Source of the DNA: Coleofasciculus sp. B1-GNL1-01
GTDB lineage: Bacteria > Cyanobacteriota > Cyanobacteriia > Cyanobacteriales > Coleofasciculaceae
Length of the DNA stretch: 60,075 bases
Assembly: GCA_040220235.1 (NCBI GenBank)
Contig: JAVJTO010000029.1
Direction: 5' to 3' (one strand)
Shown: positions 19,620 through 30,136 of the stretch, piece after piece
How positions within the stretch are numbered: position 1 is the first letter of the stretch
How the letters are laid out: the number at the start of each line of letters is the position of its first letter
Notes under the pieces: generated by a model
What the model saw: only the letters and a program-made list of their open reading frames with translations
Told to the model about the DNA's origin: nothing
The model's database searches: none
Made by a program: the position numbers and the translations under genes

Positions 19620-19687
19620 TTGTACACTAAATAACGGACGCTTTTGGTGTACCTGCCCATATCCATCGCAAGGATAATCACAACATT

Positions 19688-21100
19688 ATGCTATTGACTG
19701 ACTCCACTCAGGTGCAAAACTCCGGACAGCGATATCTTCGCTCATCGAATTCTCATGGCGATGATCGCTCCCCGAATCAGGAACTGTTGCCTCTCACGGC
19801 TACCGTTAACAGCCAAGACTGCCTGGAAATTGGTGGTTGTGATGTCAAAGGTTTAGTTGAGGAATTTGGTTCTCCCCTTTATATTCTAGATGAAGTCACG
19901 GTAAGAACGGCTTGCCGCCAGTATCGGGATGCTTTTGCCCGTTATTATCCCGGAGATACCCTAGTGCTGTATGCTTCAAAAGCCTGGAATTGTTTAGCGA
20001 TTTGTGCGATCGCGGCATCGGAAGGTTTGGGTGTTGATGTCGTATCCGGAGGCGAACTCTACACGGCATTAGAAGCCGGAGTCCCAGCCGATAAGCTGTA
20101 TTTCCATGGCAATAACAAGTCTATCGCCGAACTCCAGCTTGCGATTGAAAGCCATTGCACGATTGTTGTGGATAATCAGTTGGAGTTAGAAACTCTGGCA
20201 GATTTGGCACAAAAAACCTCTCCGGATACCCAGGTGCGAATCATGATTCGGATCACCCCAGGGATCGAGTGTCACACCCATGACTACATTCGCACAGGAC
20301 ACCTGGATAGCAAGTTTGGTTTTGATCCCCACACTCTAGATAACGTTTTTGCCTTCATTCGCCAAAACCCTATTCTCGACTGTATTGGGTTACACGCTCA
20401 CATTGGGTCACAGATTTTTGAGCGTCAACCGCACAAAGACTTGGGAGCGGTTTTGGTCGATTATCTCCAGAAAGCCGCTCAATTCAATCTATCCATTCAA
20501 GAACTGAATGTCGGTGGCGGCTTAGGAATTCGCTATACCGAAGACGATGATCCCCCCACGATAGATGCTTGGGTTAAGGGCGTTTGTGAAGCCGTGGTTA
20601 ATGCCTGTAACCAGCAGCAGTTACCCCTACCCCGGTTATTATCCGAACCCGGGCGATCGATTATTGGACCCGCTTGTGTGACGGCGTATACCATCGGTAG
20701 CCGTAAGGAGATCCCACAAACGCGAACCTATCTGGCGGTTGATGGGGGAATGTCTGATAATCCACGTCCGATTACTTATCAATCGGTCTATCGTCCAGTC
20801 GTTGCCAATCGCATGTCAGCACCGATAACTGAAACCGTCACGATTGCGGGTAAACATTGCGAATCCGGGGATATTTTACTCAAAGATGCCCAATTACCCG
20901 AAACCCAACCTGGGGATCTGCTCGTGATTATGGGAACTGGGGCATACAATTACAGCATGGCGTCTAACTATAATCGTGTACCTCGACCTGCAGCGGTGTT
21001 AGTTAAGGATGGAAAGGCTGAATTAATTGTGCAGCGAGAAACCTATCAAGACTTAATCCGGTTTGATCATTTACCGAAACGACTGGTATCTCAGGATTAG
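19688..21100 (+). CDS. lysA: Diaminopimelate decarboxylase
   Basis: YASKA, DVVSGGE, HIGSQ, GGGLG, EPGR, CESGD, GAY. Confidence 0.97.
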   Translation: MLLTDSTQVQNSGQRYLRSSNSHGDDRSPNQELLPLTATVNSQDCLEIGGCDVKGLVEEFGSPLYILDEVTVRTACRQYRDAFARYYPGDTLVLYASKAWNCLAICAIAASEGLGVDVVSGGELYTALEAGVPADKLYFHGNNKSIAELQLAIESHCTIVVDNQLELETLADLAQKTSPDTQVRIMIRITPGIECHTHDYIRTGHLDSKFGFDPHTLDNVFAFIRQNPILDCIGLHAHIGSQIFERQPHKDLGAVLVDYLQKAAQFNLSIQELNVGGGLGIRYTEDDDPPTIDAWVKGVCEAVVNACNQQQLPLPRLLSEPGRSIIGPACVTAYTIGSRKEIPQTRTYLAVDGGMSDNPRPITYQSVYRPVVANRMSAPITETVTIAGKHCESGDILLKDAQLPETQPGDLLVIMGTGAYNYSMASNYNRVPRPAAVLVKDGKAELIVQRETYQDLIRFDHLPKRLVSQD

Positions 21101-21288
21101 GGATGAAGGAGCAATGTAGAGACGCGCCATGGCGCGTCTGGGAGCTGGGGAAGCGGGGGAAGCCAAGGACGAATGACGAATGACGAATGACGAATGACAA
21201 ATGACAAATCAGTCGCAACTCCCCGCCTAATCTCGTTACAATCAAGCCAGAGTCAAGCTCTCAGTTGCTAAACGTTTAATTAAGTTCA

Positions 21289-22212
21289 ATGCCTGCGTCG
21301 TCGTCGGGTTCTTTTCCTGACTCTGGCTGGGTTCAATCCTTATTGCTGGACAGCGTTGATGTCGGATTGGTTCTAGCCCTCACCTATATGGTTCTCCTCA
21401 TTATCGGGGAGCGTCGTACCTTGTGGATGGTTCGAGGGCTAATCGTCTTGATGCTAGCGGCAGCGGTCAGTAATCAACTAGGATTGACCCTGTTGAGTTT
21501 TGTGTTAGAAAAATTGGTAGTTGGTTCGGCTGTGGCGATGGCTGTCATCTTTCAGTCAGAATTTCGCCGCTTTCTCGAACAAGTCGGGCGGGGAGAAATT
21601 CGGCAGTTGTTTCAATCCCAACGCCGCCCTATGCCTAAAGCAGATAGCGTTACAGATGAAATTGTCGATGCGGTTAAAGAATTATCCCAAAATCGGATTG
21701 GCGCATTGATAATTATGGAAACCAATGGAACCATTGACGAGCGAGATTTTTCTGTACCAGGGGTACAGTTAAATGCTGAACTGTCTAAAGAACTGCTGCA
21801 AACCATCTTCCAGACGACCACATTACTCCATGATGGGGCAGTATTAATTCGGGGGTCTCGCGTAGCAGCAGCGGGCGTGATTTTACCTCTGTCAGAGCGA
21901 ACGGCTTCACGACAACTGGGTACGCGCCATCGGGCGGCTATGGGAATTACTGAGCGAGTCGAAAATTGCCTTTGTATTGTTGTATCCGAAGAAACGGGTT
22001 CAATTTCATTGGCGGAACGCGGCGGACTCAACCGACCTTTAACCAGTAGTAAACTCAAAGAACTGTTAGAGGCTCGATTTTCGACAGCGGTTGACCGTGA
22101 GGCAGTTGCCCCCGGTTTACGCAGTTTAGGTCGCCAAGTGAAGTCTCAGGGACGGCTACTCATTTCGCGTTTGCTGCGTCTGCCGTCATCCACGTCTCGA
22201 AAAAAGAAATGA
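21289..22212 (+). CDS. cdaA: Diadenylate cyclase
   Basis: Three TM helices plus DisA_N domain with HDGA and GTRHRAA. Confidence 0.95.
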   Translation: MPASSSGSFPDSGWVQSLLLDSVDVGLVLALTYMVLLIIGERRTLWMVRGLIVLMLAAAVSNQLGLTLLSFVLEKLVVGSAVAMAVIFQSEFRRFLEQVGRGEIRQLFQSQRRPMPKADSVTDEIVDAVKELSQNRIGALIIMETNGTIDERDFSVPGVQLNAELSKELLQTIFQTTTLLHDGAVLIRGSRVAAAGVILPLSERTASRQLGTRHRAAMGITERVENCLCIVVSEETGSISLAERGGLNRPLTSSKLKELLEARFSTAVDREAVAPGLRSLGRQVKSQGRLLISRLLRLPSSTSRKKK

Positions 22213-22231
22213 CTATTATTATACAACTATT

Positions 22232-22972
22232 ATGCAAACGATACTAAAAGAATTACCGAGCGATCTCGACCAGGAACGCCTACCCAAACATGTAGCGGTG
22301 ATTATGGATGGCAATGGTCGTTGGGCAAAACGTCGAGGCATTCCTCGGATTATGGGTCATCGCCGAGGCGTAGACACATTAAAACAGTTGTTGCGCTGTT
22401 GTGATGATTGGGGTATCCAAGCCCTGACTGCTTATGCCTTTTCTACCGAAAACTGGGGACGTCCTATCGAAGAAGTTGAGTTTTTGATGACGCTGTTTGA
22501 GCGGGTGTTAATTCGAGAACTCAAAGAGATGATGGAGGAGAATGTACGCATTCAGTTTGTGGGAAATTTAACGGCGCTACCCCAATCCCTGCAAAACCAA
22601 ATCGAACGGTCGATGATCCAAACGCAAAAGAATACCGGGATTCAATTTACCGTGGCGACTAATTACGGTGGACGGGAAGAGATTTTGCAGGCTTGTCGGA
22701 CAATTGCGACTCAGGTTCAGCAGGGTGAGATTCAACCGGAGGAGATTGACGAAGCGCTGTTTTCTCGCCATCTTTATACTGCCAATATTGGTGATCCGGA
22801 TTTGCTGATTCGCACCAGTGGAGAGATGCGGTTGTCCAATTTTCTCCTCTGGCAAATGGCTTATGCTGAATTTTATATTACCGACGCTTTTTGGCCCGAT
22901 TTTGACCGCGAAGCGTTTCATCAAGCTTTAATTGCTTATCAAAAACGAGAACGGCGTTTTGGGAAGGTTTGA
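22232..22972 (+). CDS. uppS: Undecaprenyl diphosphate synthase (isoprenyl transferase)
   Basis: [39 protein letters not shown]. Confidence 0.97.
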   Translation: MQTILKELPSDLDQERLPKHVAVIMDGNGRWAKRRGIPRIMGHRRGVDTLKQLLRCCDDWGIQALTAYAFSTENWGRPIEEVEFLMTLFERVLIRELKEMMEENVRIQFVGNLTALPQSLQNQIERSMIQTQKNTGIQFTVATNYGGREEILQACRTIATQVQQGEIQPEEIDEALFSRHLYTANIGDPDLLIRTSGEMRLSNFLLWQMAYAEFYITDAFWPDFDREAFHQALIAYQKRERRFGKV

Positions 22973-23129
22973 GATTTATAGCGCTACGCGCTAGGCAATG
23001 GGCAATAGGCAATGGGCTTTCTTTGAAGAAAAACACTGACTCATCAAGGGATTGACTGTTACAGACGTGCAATGGCGCGTCTGAATTGTTAGTTAATCAT
23101 TCAAAAATTAACTCTGAGAATTTAGAATT

Positions 23130-23414
23130 TTAAGGACCAGAGAAAACCGCTGCTTCTACATCTTCGCGACTGAGGGAATACTTGAAAGAACGCATAATGT
23201 CACGTCTTCCTTCCGCCGCATTAATGTAACGCACGGCTAATTCCTCAACTTCCAGACAGAGTTCGGCTTGCCAATTTGGTCGTTCTACACGCCAGCAATT
23301 GAGTTCGTTGCTATCTTGTTGACATCCTTGAGAACGGAGCCAATTTTCGATTTCAGGAAGGGGATGGTTATAGAGGGGAGTGTCAGATGAGGGAAGTACC
23401 ATAGAAGTTTTCAT
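23130..23414 (-). CDS. DUF3143-like conserved cyanobacterial protein
   Basis: TPLYNHPLP.IE.WL...F.YSLSR.DVE.A.F.GP. Confidence 0.85.
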   Translation of the reverse strand: MKTSMVLPSSDTPLYNHPLPEIENWLRSQGCQQDSNELNCWRVERPNWQAELCLEVEELAVRYINAAEGRRDIMRSFKYSLSREDVEAAVFSGP

Positions 23415-24034
23415 AAATTGAGGGATGGAACAAAAAGAGGGATTGACGGTGGATGAGATGGGGAGAACAGTTGGTTAGAAAGGGGATATCGAGGGATTCG
23501 CTGTAGTTGAGTTAGGGGTGGCGTGGTGACTCGACTAGATAGAGATATCCCAGAAACTTGAAAGGCATTGTCTCCTCGGGTTAAGCCAATTACAATTGCC
23601 AGTACCAAGCATCCCACGAAAGTTATCCCCAAAATAAATAGGGCAAATAACTCGCCAGCGGAGAGAGGACGGTCTGTGGGGTCAAGGTAAGCCGAGGATG
23701 AATGTTCAACGCGCGATCGCCCAACGGGACGGTTCAATCCGGGTGGAGGTTGAATGACGTTGACACGAGAATAGCGAATAGTTTGATCATACAGGATTCG
23801 CCGTTCTGGACTACTCAGAGTCGCGTAGGCTTCATTAAGCTGTTGAAACTTCGTCTTTGCTGTTTCCTTTGGTAAGTCGGTGGTATCGGGATGATAACGT
23901 TTACTCAGTTCCCGATAGGCACGACGGATATCTAGAGCAGATGCGCTAGGGTGTACCCCCAGAATCCCATAATAGGTTATGGATTGTAGCTCTTTACTCG
24001 TCCTAGTCTTCTGTTTTACCCAGTCTTGAGCCAT
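23411..24034 (-). CDS. DnaJ-domain membrane protein
   Basis: J domain with HPD, plus a C-terminal TM helix. Confidence 0.9.
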   Translation of the reverse strand: MAQDWVKQKTRTSKELQSITYYGILGVHPSASALDIRRAYRELSKRYHPDTTDLPKETAKTKFQQLNEAYATLSSPERRILYDQTIRYSRVNVIQPPPGLNRPVGRSRVEHSSSAYLDPTDRPLSAGELFALFILGITFVGCLVLAIVIGLTRGDNAFQVSGISLSSRVTTPPLTQLQRIPRYPLSNQLFSPSHPPSIPLFVPSLNL

Positions 24035-24229
24035 CCTAGCTGGTATAACAAACGGTCTTTAACATTTTACGCGATCGCTCTCGGTTGGTGAGCAGATAGG
24101 GTAGCGATGTAGAGATTCCTCCGGTGGAACGTCTGGAAGATGGAACAGATTGGGAGTGGTAATGCCCTCCGGTAGACCAAAAAGCAGTAGTATACTCAAT
24201 GTGTAAACATCGGATTGTAATTCTCAATT

Positions 24230-24472
24230 ATGATCACCCAAAAAATCAGCCTGTGGGGTAACTCTCTTGGACTCAGGCTCCCGCAAACCCTGATTCAACA
24301 GATGGGATTAAAACAAGGAGACTTAGTTACCATTTCAACTGAGGGAAACAAGATCATTCTGTCTCCGGCAAAACCCAGGTATACCCTTGATGAACTGCTG
24401 AAAGATGTAACTCCGGATATGCAGCATGATTCGGTGGATTGGGGAGAGCCGATGGGAGAAGAACGTTGGTAA
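24230..24472 (+). CDS. mazE: AbrB/MazE-type antitoxin
   Basis: WGNSLGLRLP...YTLDELL...DWG.P.GEE.W. Confidence 0.9.
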   Translation: MITQKISLWGNSLGLRLPQTLIQQMGLKQGDLVTISTEGNKIILSPAKPRYTLDELLKDVTPDMQHDSVDWGEPMGEERW

Positions 24473-24810
24473 AGATCGATGGGCGCGTCCCAGAACGTGG
24501 TGATATCATCCAATTGGAACTGAATCCCCGTACTGGGAGTGAGCAGGCAGGCTATCGTCCAGCCATTATCATTTCACCATTAACCTATAACCGAATGTCT
24601 AAGATTGTGCTGGCTTGTCCGATTACAAGCCGCAAAAAGGGATGGCCCTTTGAAGTGGAACTGCCCGCTCAGATGCAGACTTATGGCGTTGTATTAGTCG
24701 ATCAGATTAGAGCCGTTGACTGTAGCGCGAGAAAAGCGGTTTTTCTGGAAAAAGCGCCCTCTAAGTTAATGGATGAGATTCTAGCGAGATTAGAGACACT
24801 TGTAACCTAA
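24466..24810 (+). CDS. mazF: PemK/MazF endoribonuclease toxin
   Basis: P.RGDI....NP..G.EQAG.RPA, CPITS, DQ.R.VD; TTG start overlapping the antitoxin stop. Confidence 0.9.
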   Translation: MVKIDGRVPERGDIIQLELNPRTGSEQAGYRPAIIISPLTYNRMSKIVLACPITSRKKGWPFEVELPAQMQTYGVVLVDQIRAVDCSARKAVFLEKAPSKLMDEILARLETLVT

Positions 24811-25167
24811 CAGGCGATCGCGTCGTTTGTCGTCCAAGCTTCAGCTTTCAACTGAATGTCACGCTCCTCGTATTCTGGTGGGCAATGCCTACCCTACACC
24901 TACGCCAACTGGAGTATATAAGTTAATGGTTGTGGTCAGGGCGGGTTTATTGCATCAGGGGTTTTGTCGCAACAGATAAGGTAAAACCCGCCCCTACAAA
25001 TCATGATGTTTTGTCTGTGATGAAAAGTATACCCAAAAATTGTGCGATCGCCTACTTAAAACTGCGATTCTATAAGGGGTGATCAGAAACCTGGAAGAAA
25101 TGGGTACACTTAACCTAATCTGTGCTAGTCGCGCGAAAGCTTCCCTCCAGTCAGCAGGTTGTTATCA

Positions 25168-25893
25168 ATGAATACTGTTTTAGTTGTCGAAGATTCTCTC
25201 AGCCAGCGGGAATGCGTTTCTCAGCAGTTAACGTGGAGTGGGTGGAATGTCATTCAAGCCCGTGATGGTGTGGAAGCACTCCGGCAAATTCAGCACAATT
25301 CTCCTGATTTAGTGCTATTAGATCTGGTCATTCCGCGCATTGATGGCTACAGAGTTTGTCGCCTGATAAAGGCAAATCCTCATACCCAGAATATTCCTGT
25401 CGTGCTTTTAACGGGGAAAGGGCAACAATTAGCACTGTCTTACGGGATCAAACACGCTGAGGCGTATGTCGGGAAACCTTGGCAACCTAGAGAATTACTG
25501 GATACTCTGAAACGAGTTTTACTCGATACTAAAAAAGAACCACAGATGGCTTCGGCTGATACGTGGACAGATTACGGTATTCTTATTTTCAAGATTATTC
25601 AACTCTATGAATGTCGTGTTCAACCTTGGACTGAGTATGGCTCCCAAATTATTAAACTGTATGAGAAGGCATTAGCAGCTTTTGAAAAAGCTTTGACAAT
25701 TTCACCTAATCACGTACAAGCTAACCATTACCGCCTAATAGTTGAGAAAAACTGGAGTCATCTACGGGAAAAATTAGAACAGTCTCAACCTTGTAAGGTT
25801 TGTCAGTATTATCATGGCAGTGATGGGATTAACTGTGCTGTTTATCCCTGGGGGCGTCCCGGAGAATTTTGCCTAGATTGGGAATTGAGTTAG
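25168..25893 (+). CDS. Response regulator with TPR-like segment and Cys-rich C-terminus
   Basis: REC domain (VVEDS, LLD, KP); C-terminal CKVC.YY.G....NCAVYP.G....C.DW. Confidence 0.85.
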   Translation: MNTVLVVEDSLSQRECVSQQLTWSGWNVIQARDGVEALRQIQHNSPDLVLLDLVIPRIDGYRVCRLIKANPHTQNIPVVLLTGKGQQLALSYGIKHAEAYVGKPWQPRELLDTLKRVLLDTKKEPQMASADTWTDYGILIFKIIQLYECRVQPWTEYGSQIIKLYEKALAAFEKALTISPNHVQANHYRLIVEKNWSHLREKLEQSQPCKVCQYYHGSDGINCAVYPWGRPGEFCLDWELS

Positions 25894-25959
25894 TCGTTGT
25901 TTGTCATTTGTTTATGTCATTTGTTTATGTCATTTGTTTATGTCATTCGTCTTATGTCT

Positions 25960-26066
25960 ATGGAAAAAGTGGCAATTATTTCGGATATTCACGGAAATCT
26001 GCCTAGATTACAAGCAGCTATGGCAGATATTGAAGCTTGTGGCTGTCATCAAATTGTCTGTTTAGG
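25960..26066 (+). pseudogene. Metallophosphoesterase N-terminal fragment truncated by a MITE
   Basis: VAIISDIHGN...IVCLG, broken just before the expected GD motif where the MITE begins. Confidence 0.75.
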
Positions 26067-26181
26067 TAAATTGGGAATGGGTAGCGAGCAAGATGCAAAG
26101 CCTGCGGCATGGCTTCGCTAAACGCACTACGGCAAGGATTTTGCAATTCTTGATATTATGGTTTAAATGCCGAACAGCTTA
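26067..26181. mobile_element. TAAGCTGT-family MITE (partial)
   Basis: Matches the copies at 30671, 35506, 43278 and 54183. Confidence 0.85.
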
Positions 26182-26278
26182 ACGTATCACGGGAAATATA
26201 GCAGTAGACACATCGATTAGGACAAGCAAACTGTTGTTCAAGACGTTCCGGCGGAACGTCTCTACCATAAGATGTGTC

Positions 26279-26983
26279 CTAACCACTATGGCGGTTGCTA
26301 TAACTGACAGCGACTCGCCCGATTCCCTTAAACCGCTGATAATAAGTTTGACTTACTTTATCTCCTTGATCCGAAAGCCAGTCAATGCCAATCCCATTTC
26401 GACCATCTTCTTTTCCCGAACTGTGGATATAATAGCCATCGCCTAAAAAAAGACCCACATGATTAATTTTCTCAGGTGTGCCAAAGAAAACTAGATCACC
26501 CGCTTGCGCTTCTGCTAAAGGAATTGATTGAGTAAACGCCTGCTGCTGATAAGAATCTCTCGGTAACCAAATTCCCGATGCTGCAAACGCTGCTTGCATC
26601 AATCCTGAACAATCATAATTGGGTCCCACGGTTCCCCCCCACAGGTAATAATTCGGCTGCTGCATCGCTTTTTGGGTAAATGCTATCACCTCTGGGAGTC
26701 GGTCTTGGATTTGAGGACGGGAGAGTGCGATCGCGTGATAGGGTTGAGGGGCGATTTCCAGGTGACTGATATCCTCGACTCGTAACCAAGCCTGATATCC
26801 ATCCTCACATAACTGCACCTCGACAGCCTGTTCCCTGGCTGTCGATAACAAGGGGTGTAAATGGCGTCCAGCCGCCGCTTGAGTCGCTAAACTCGCACAA
26901 GCGGGAGAATCATAAAGGTCTAAATTAACACGGCAGATGTACTCACCATGTTTTAATGCAGATAATTCTGGAAGTACCACCAT
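26279..26983 (-). CDS. NlpC/P60 (C40) peptidase
   Basis: YLWGG....YDCSGL, LPRD, GDLVFF, HVG, IHS; exact start uncertain. Confidence 0.92.
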   Translation of the reverse strand: MVVLPELSALKHGEYICRVNLDLYDSPACASLATQAAAGRHLHPLLSTAREQAVEVQLCEDGYQAWLRVEDISHLEIAPQPYHAIALSRPQIQDRLPEVIAFTQKAMQQPNYYLWGGTVGPNYDCSGLMQAAFAASGIWLPRDSYQQQAFTQSIPLAEAQAGDLVFFGTPEKINHVGLFLGDGYYIHSSGKEDGRNGIGIDWLSDQGDKVSQTYYQRFKGIGRVAVSYSNRHSG

Positions 26984-27020
26984 ATTGGTAAGCGTTGACA
27001 TCACTTGTTGAGAGCAAATT

Positions 27021-27965
27021 ATGACATTCTTTCGTAAGGACGACCAACTCGAAAAAATTGGTACAGAGATTCTCGACGCCGCTTGGTTAGAGTTTCCTGG
27101 ACTTGCCCGCAATCAAATTGCTTTCACCTGGATGGTTTATGATCCCCCCATCCCCGTAAATACTGGAGGGGCGCTTTCGGCGGATGAATTTTGGAAATAT
27201 CCCGTCCGAGGCTTTAGTTATCGGGGGGTTGAGCGAATTTACCCAGCGGATTTGGTTGCCCTATTTTATCTGGTCGCCATCCAAGAATGGTTAGAAACCG
27301 CCATGGTCGAATCATCGGATGAACTGGAACGGGCAATTAAGGCGATGATTGTTGACGCTAGCCATGATGCCTTAAGTTTAGTCGTCGATGTCTTGAGTGG
27401 AACCACCAGTGGTCCTGAGTTAACCCCTGGTCCCTTTGAAACCTGGAAGCTACAACGTAATATTGTTAATCGTTACTTTCAATCTCTGGGTTGGCAAGAC
27501 TTAGAATCGATTAACGTCAATCAAAAAACCTGGAGTGATGGACCTTATGGTCGGGAACGGCTATTTATGGGAACCTTGATGGAAAATCGGAATATGTTAA
27601 CCACCAATGCCACAGCACGGCTACTCCATAGTATTGTGGGTGGCGTGGCGGTATCCTCCGTGCGATCGCAGGTGATGATGAGTCTGCTTAAACGCAATCT
27701 GAACCCTGCCGATACTCAGGATACCCCCAATCATCAAATTACTGGATTCTTAGGCGCTGGTCTTCCGCCAGAGGCTCAGTTGTGGTCTAAATCCGCCTGT
27801 TCATCTCAAGTGCGCCATGATGCGGCTTACATCGAGATACCATCGATATTACCCTATCTCCTGGTTGTATTCACTGAAAGCAAAACTCAGAGTCAAAATC
27901 CAGACCTTCTCCCGTTTATTTCTCAAAAGGTTGTCCAAGCAATGAGTATTGTTTCCATTCATTAA
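27021..27965 (+). CDS. Serine hydrolase, class A beta-lactamase-like
   Basis: IYPA motif region, WSK, VRHDAAY; the usual SxxK reads DxxA here. Confidence 0.8.
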   Translation: MTFFRKDDQLEKIGTEILDAAWLEFPGLARNQIAFTWMVYDPPIPVNTGGALSADEFWKYPVRGFSYRGVERIYPADLVALFYLVAIQEWLETAMVESSDELERAIKAMIVDASHDALSLVVDVLSGTTSGPELTPGPFETWKLQRNIVNRYFQSLGWQDLESINVNQKTWSDGPYGRERLFMGTLMENRNMLTTNATARLLHSIVGGVAVSSVRSQVMMSLLKRNLNPADTQDTPNHQITGFLGAGLPPEAQLWSKSACSSQVRHDAAYIEIPSILPYLLVVFTESKTQSQNPDLLPFISQKVVQAMSIVSIH

Positions 27966-27974
27966 GAATACGGA

Positions 27975-28646
27975 AAATTAGGGCAAGTTGCGGTAATCTA
28001 TACAGAGGTTCTGGAAAATTACCGCAGAAAATTATTGGATTACGCATCTCTAAGATAATGAAACTTGTTGAGAAGCACGTAGTTCGTCAAGGCACTCGAA
28101 AATGGAAAGAGATTGATGACTTAGCCTTCAAGTCGAAAAATCTTTACAACCGAGCCAATTACGAAATTCGTCAACATTTCTTTAAAACCCATCAAATCCT
28201 CTCCTACAACGAGATGGCATCTCGAATGCGACTAGAGGAGTCTTATTGTGCCTTGCCTCGCAAGGTGAACAATCAAAACTTTACCAGCGTTCCCCATGCA
28301 AGATTAATCAAGATGTTGACCTATAAAGCTGAACGGGTTGGCATAAAAGTCATCATCACCGAAGAATCTTATACGTCGGTTGCTAGTTTCCTGGATGGAG
28401 ATTGTATTCCTGTTCACGGAAGTCCAGAGGCGAAAACAGCAAAATTTAGCGGTCGTCGTGTTAAGCGTGGGTTGTACCAATCAAAAATCGGCGTCAAATT
28501 CAACGCCGACATCAACGGCAGTTACAACATCATTCGTAAAGTAGTCCCAGATGCTTTTGGCAACGGGATAGAGGGTGTAGTAGTTCACCCAGTTAAGATT
28601 ACTCTTGCCAACTAATTTCCGCGATCTTCCGCAAAATTAGGAACTA
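27975..28646 (+). mobile_element. Internally deleted IS200/IS605 tnpB element
   Basis: Left hairpin TGCGGTAAT...ATTACCGCA, short tnpB ORF, right hairpin CTAATTT...AAATTAG; ends approximate. Confidence 0.65.
28058..28615 (+). pseudogene. tnpB: TnpB with large in-frame internal deletion
   Basis: N-terminus (SKNLYN.ANY..RQ.F...LPRKV) joined directly to C-terminus (NNQNF...YKA...EESYTS...NADING); RuvC-I absent. Confidence 0.85.
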
Positions 28647-28736
28647 TATTGACTTAGTGGCGAGGAAGCCGCAATCCTAGACAATAATAAGCAAATCGGT
28701 TTTGCTGATTTCAATCTTTACATCTTTTGTCGAGGA

Positions 28737-29750
28737 GTGACCTTGAAACATAATCTTTTACGCTCCGTTACTTACGGCGTTGGTTTAGGGGTAGTCACAA
28801 TGGGGAACCATCCCTTACCCGTTCACGCTCAAGTCTCCAGTCCAGGCGGCGGATCATTGACTCGCTTAGAATCCATTGCGGCTGAGGTACGCACCGAGGG
28901 GACGGCTGAACCCGCCAATGCTTGGGTTAATCGACTGACAGGTGACCCCGCACTGACTCAAGATGCAGTCAATCTCCCGGCTGGGTCTTCACTGCCAGAA
29001 ACTACACCCCTACCCAGTGCTACTGTAGACTCACCGACTCCCTCTGTGTCCTGGAGTAAAGGACTCACCAACAATTCAGCTACCGCCCAGAGTTCGCTGA
29101 ATCCAACGGTTGCAGATTCTCCAGCCTCATCTGTGAAGCGTATCACTCAAGAGGATGCGATCGCGACTCAATCTGTCCCCGAGTCCCTGAACTCCTCGGC
29201 TGATGCGCTGACCCTACAGCCGACTCAGGATGAAGAAATCGTGTTGAATGAGTCCCGGACTCTCGCTCAAACCGACCTCGATATCCGCCGAGGAACTCGC
29301 GGCGTTCCTAACTATTTGGGGATTGGTATCAACATTGGTTTAACCGAAGAAGATGATGTCGCTGAGGCTGATGCTGACGATGGGGGTGAGACGGCGTTAG
29401 GGGATGCTGGGTTTGTTATAAACGGCAAAATTGGTTTGTCTCGTAATATATCCCTGCGACCTGGTGTAATTATTGGCGATGATGCACTTTTTATGGTTCC
29501 CTTGACTTACGACTTTCTGATTCCCCGTGTTGATCCCTTTGAACCTGTACGCTTTGCGCCGTTTTTAGGCGGAGGTGTCGCCTTGTCAACGGATAGCGAT
29601 GACAATATCGGATTTTTACTCACTGGGGGAGTGGATGTACCCTTGTCGCGATCGTTTGTCGCTAACGGGTCAATTAATATTGGTTTTATCGAAGATGAGA
29701 CTGATATCGGGATTATCCTTGGCGTCGGTTACACCTTTCCTGATTTCTAG
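28737..29750 (+). CDS. Secreted protein with C-terminal outer-membrane beta-barrel
   Basis: Signal peptide, S/T/P-rich linker, NY.GIG.NIG, S.RP, AP..GGGV, L.GG.D.P, G.GY.F. Confidence 0.75.
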   Translation: MTLKHNLLRSVTYGVGLGVVTMGNHPLPVHAQVSSPGGGSLTRLESIAAEVRTEGTAEPANAWVNRLTGDPALTQDAVNLPAGSSLPETTPLPSATVDSPTPSVSWSKGLTNNSATAQSSLNPTVADSPASSVKRITQEDAIATQSVPESLNSSADALTLQPTQDEEIVLNESRTLAQTDLDIRRGTRGVPNYLGIGINIGLTEEDDVAEADADDGGETALGDAGFVINGKIGLSRNISLRPGVIIGDDALFMVPLTYDFLIPRVDPFEPVRFAPFLGGGVALSTDSDDNIGFLLTGGVDVPLSRSFVANGSINIGFIEDETDIGIILGVGYTFPDF

Positions 29751-29770
29751 TTCCTAGCCAATTTCTATCC

Positions 29771-29833
29771 GTAGGGGCGACCTGCGTCCATAAATTAACA
29801 ACGCCATTCCACTCAATTGGGTCGGGTCGCCCT
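29771..29833. repeat. GTAG REP/REPIN-like element
   Basis: Related to 7053-7113, including the spacer sequence. Confidence 0.7.
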
Positions 29834-29883
29834 CTGTTCAAATCCTGAGGATGAAGTCTTGATGCTCTACGAGAGCGATCACT

Positions 29884-30117
29884 TCAAGCTTGAACTAACA
29901 TTTCCTCGGTTAATTTGTAATGATGTAAAACCATCAATTGGTTAGCATTGAATGTCTCTATAGCATAAGCACGACCATTCATATCGCTAAACTCAACTTC
30001 AAAAACTCCCGGTTCGTATACTTCAACAATTGTTCCCACTTGACCTCGATATAATTCTAGCTCAGGCAAGTCTTCCAGAAGTGCCACCACGTCTAATAAC
30101 TTAATTTGTGGATTCAT
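29884..30117 (-). CDS. DUF4926-like protein
   Basis: LLDVVALLEDLP...L.RGQVGTIVE......FEVEFSD..G..YA. Confidence 0.85.
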   Translation of the reverse strand: MNPQIKLLDVVALLEDLPELELYRGQVGTIVEVYEPGVFEVEFSDMNGRAYAIETFNANQLMVLHHYKLTEEMLVQA

Positions 30118-30136
30118 AGTCCTTTCCCATTCCTCC

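Noticed and set aside
24036..24227. 63-aa ORF upstream of the J-domain gene
   Set aside because: No recognisable motif and a weak start
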